From: Eledone cirrhosa
Lineage: Eukaryota
DNA length: 64,000 nt
Reading direction: 5' to 3'
Assembly (NCBI GenBank): GCA_964016885.1
Contig: OZ024740.1
Coordinates: 201,438,001-201,502,000, forward strand
In this document: positions 1 to 64,000 of the stretch, piece after piece
Layout: each line of letters begins with the position of its first letter
Position numbering within the stretch: the first letter of the stretch is position 1
Position numbers and translations under genes: made by a program
Notes under the pieces: model-generated
What the model was told of the DNA's origin: nothing
The model's database searches: none
Seen by the model: the letters and a program-made list of their open reading frames with translations, nothing else

Positions 1-140
1 TCTATATATACTGTTGGTTGTCTATGTATACTGTTGGTTGTCTATGTATTCTGTTAAGGAAAGGGGTATAGAGGTAACTGATAATGTATTTATCTACAAT
101 ATTATATTATTTCAAATAAGAGTTTGATGAAACTAAAACA

Positions 141-372
141 AATAATAATTGCTTCTACTTTTGGCACGAGGCCAACAATTTGAAGGGAAGGGGGAAAGTC
201 AATTAAATCAACTCCAGTGTGTTACTGGTACTTTATTATATCAACCCCATAAGGACAAAAGGCAAAGCTAACCATGGCAGGATTTGAACTCGGGACGTAA
301 AGGGCCATAACTCTATGCCACAAAATGCATGTTGCCTTGACACTAATGATTCTGTCAATCCATCACTATGTA
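141..372 (-). mobile_element. second SINE family with (ATT)n tail, in the RhoGEF 3' UTR region; copies at ~6072-6260, 15650-15805, 15845-15995, 22885-23020, 43820-43975, 48685-48812
   Basis: Shared ggatttgaactc (B box reverse complement), aaggatgaaaggcaaagt, actggtactttattttatc and tttctacttttggcacaaggcc motifs. Confidence 0.8.
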
Positions 373-960
373 TAATTATAATAATAATAATAGTAATAAA
401 CTAAATCCCGGCCCATAAAATATGTTGAATTATAAGTGAATGTTTGATAATGATGAAGAAGCAAACTATGTATTCTTTTGATCTTTTTTTTTAACCTTTA
501 CAAACAGAAACAGTGGGGAGGGGATGGTAAAACAAGCACTCTAATAAAAAAAAAAAATAAAAAAAAGTTATTTTTAAATGGAGGGTAGGTCATTCTTCTT
601 AACTGATATAGCTGTGTGTGTGTTGCATGTTTCTATGAGTGTGTATGTAAGGCAGCCAGAAGTAAAGACAAGAGATCAAGTAATGGTGTGTATGTGTGTG
701 GTGCATGCATGTGTGTGTGTGTGTGATTAATTGAAGGTGAAAAACAGTGGATTTATGCAATTTATCTAACCAAAATTAGATAGGCAACAGTTTTTATGAA
801 GAATTCAATCATTTTTTTTTTTCCTTTTAAATTTAAAAAAAAAATTAAAATAAAATTTAGAAAGAAATATATATCCATTATACATTCTTTCTGTGTTTTG
901 ATTTTAATATATATATATATATTTGTTTGTTTTGTTTTGTTTCTATTTTTTAAAAAAAAT

Positions 961-63142
<62,182 letters not shown>

Positions 63143-63632
63143 CTGATGAGCACAAATAAGGAAGAAATGTTTCAATAATATAATACACAGTAAATTTAAC
63201 TCTTAACATCCTCATTTAGCCAATAACATCTAAAAACAGCTTGTTAATTCAAATTTTTATACAATCTTTTCTAATGGACAGATTGTTGAGAAAATTCACA
63301 GTAAACTTAGCTAAACACTTTATTTTTAATGTAATGCAATCATATTGCTGTTTATTATTTTCAGAGAATGTCTTGTTAAAGTGGTTTTATGCAGTGCTAG
63401 ATGGGAGTTACAAGTTAAAGATACTAAATCAAGATAGGTTATAATAAACTTTTCTCCAGAAATGTATCAAATATATCTATCCTCACTAGCATACAAGTTG
63501 GTTTCATTTTTATGCTGACATGAATTGGATAAAACTTTTTTGAGGCAATATCCTATGACTGGATGTTCTTTCTGACATGAACATATATTTTATACAAATT
63601 CACCACTTGCTTAAACAGTACCAATGTAAAGT

Positions 63633-63678
<46 letters not shown>

Positions 63679-64000
63679 TACATACACACAGACATATGAC
63701 AAGCTTCTGTCCAGTTTTCATGGTCACTAGGAAAGATAAGAGATTGCAAGCCTGAATATTTAAAGCAATGTTGAGATTTTTCTTTGCCTTCTGTCAAAAG
63801 CTTGAGAGGTTTAGGTACAAAACTACCTCTGTGATATATGTGATAATTGTATCTTTGTGCTGTTGAAAAGGCTTACATTGCCATATTTTGAATGGAGAAT
63901 GTTTTTAATAAGTCTCTTTGTGGGTTCTCAACCTTTTTTTAAAGATCTACTTCACAAGCTAGGCTCTGCTTTACTTTGGACTGAGGAGGGTAAACTCTCC

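Overview
AT-rich, repeat-dense eukaryotic genomic DNA. The SINE/MITE families and huge AT/AC microsatellites suggest an octopus (coleoid cephalopod); this is inference. One protein-coding gene spans the window on the minus strand: the 3' portion of an RH-RhoGEF (ARHGEF11/12, Drosophila RhoGEF2-like). I traced 16 exons by hand (63142 down to 961). All have GT-AG junctions with matching phases, giving 2826 nt, or 941 aa plus stop: linker, DH, PH, Thr-rich linker, coiled coils and acidic tail. The 5' exons lie beyond the window. Introns contain a young 5'-truncated CR1-like LINE nested in a piggyBac-type MITE, RTE- and CRE-like LINE relics, tRNA-derived SINEs, two non-autonomous Helitrons, several TTAA MITE families, a 4.6-kb purine-pyrimidine microsatellite, and many fold-back inverted repeats. 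Three items stand out. (1) A type I hammerhead-ribozyme-like fold is present in both arms of a 262-bp inverted repeat. (2) A young inverted SINE pair brackets nine DH-PH exons that total 1458 nt and would circularise in frame. (3) A candidate extra exon at 59325-59387 creates an ATG at its splice junction. All coordinates were read by eye; no searches were run.
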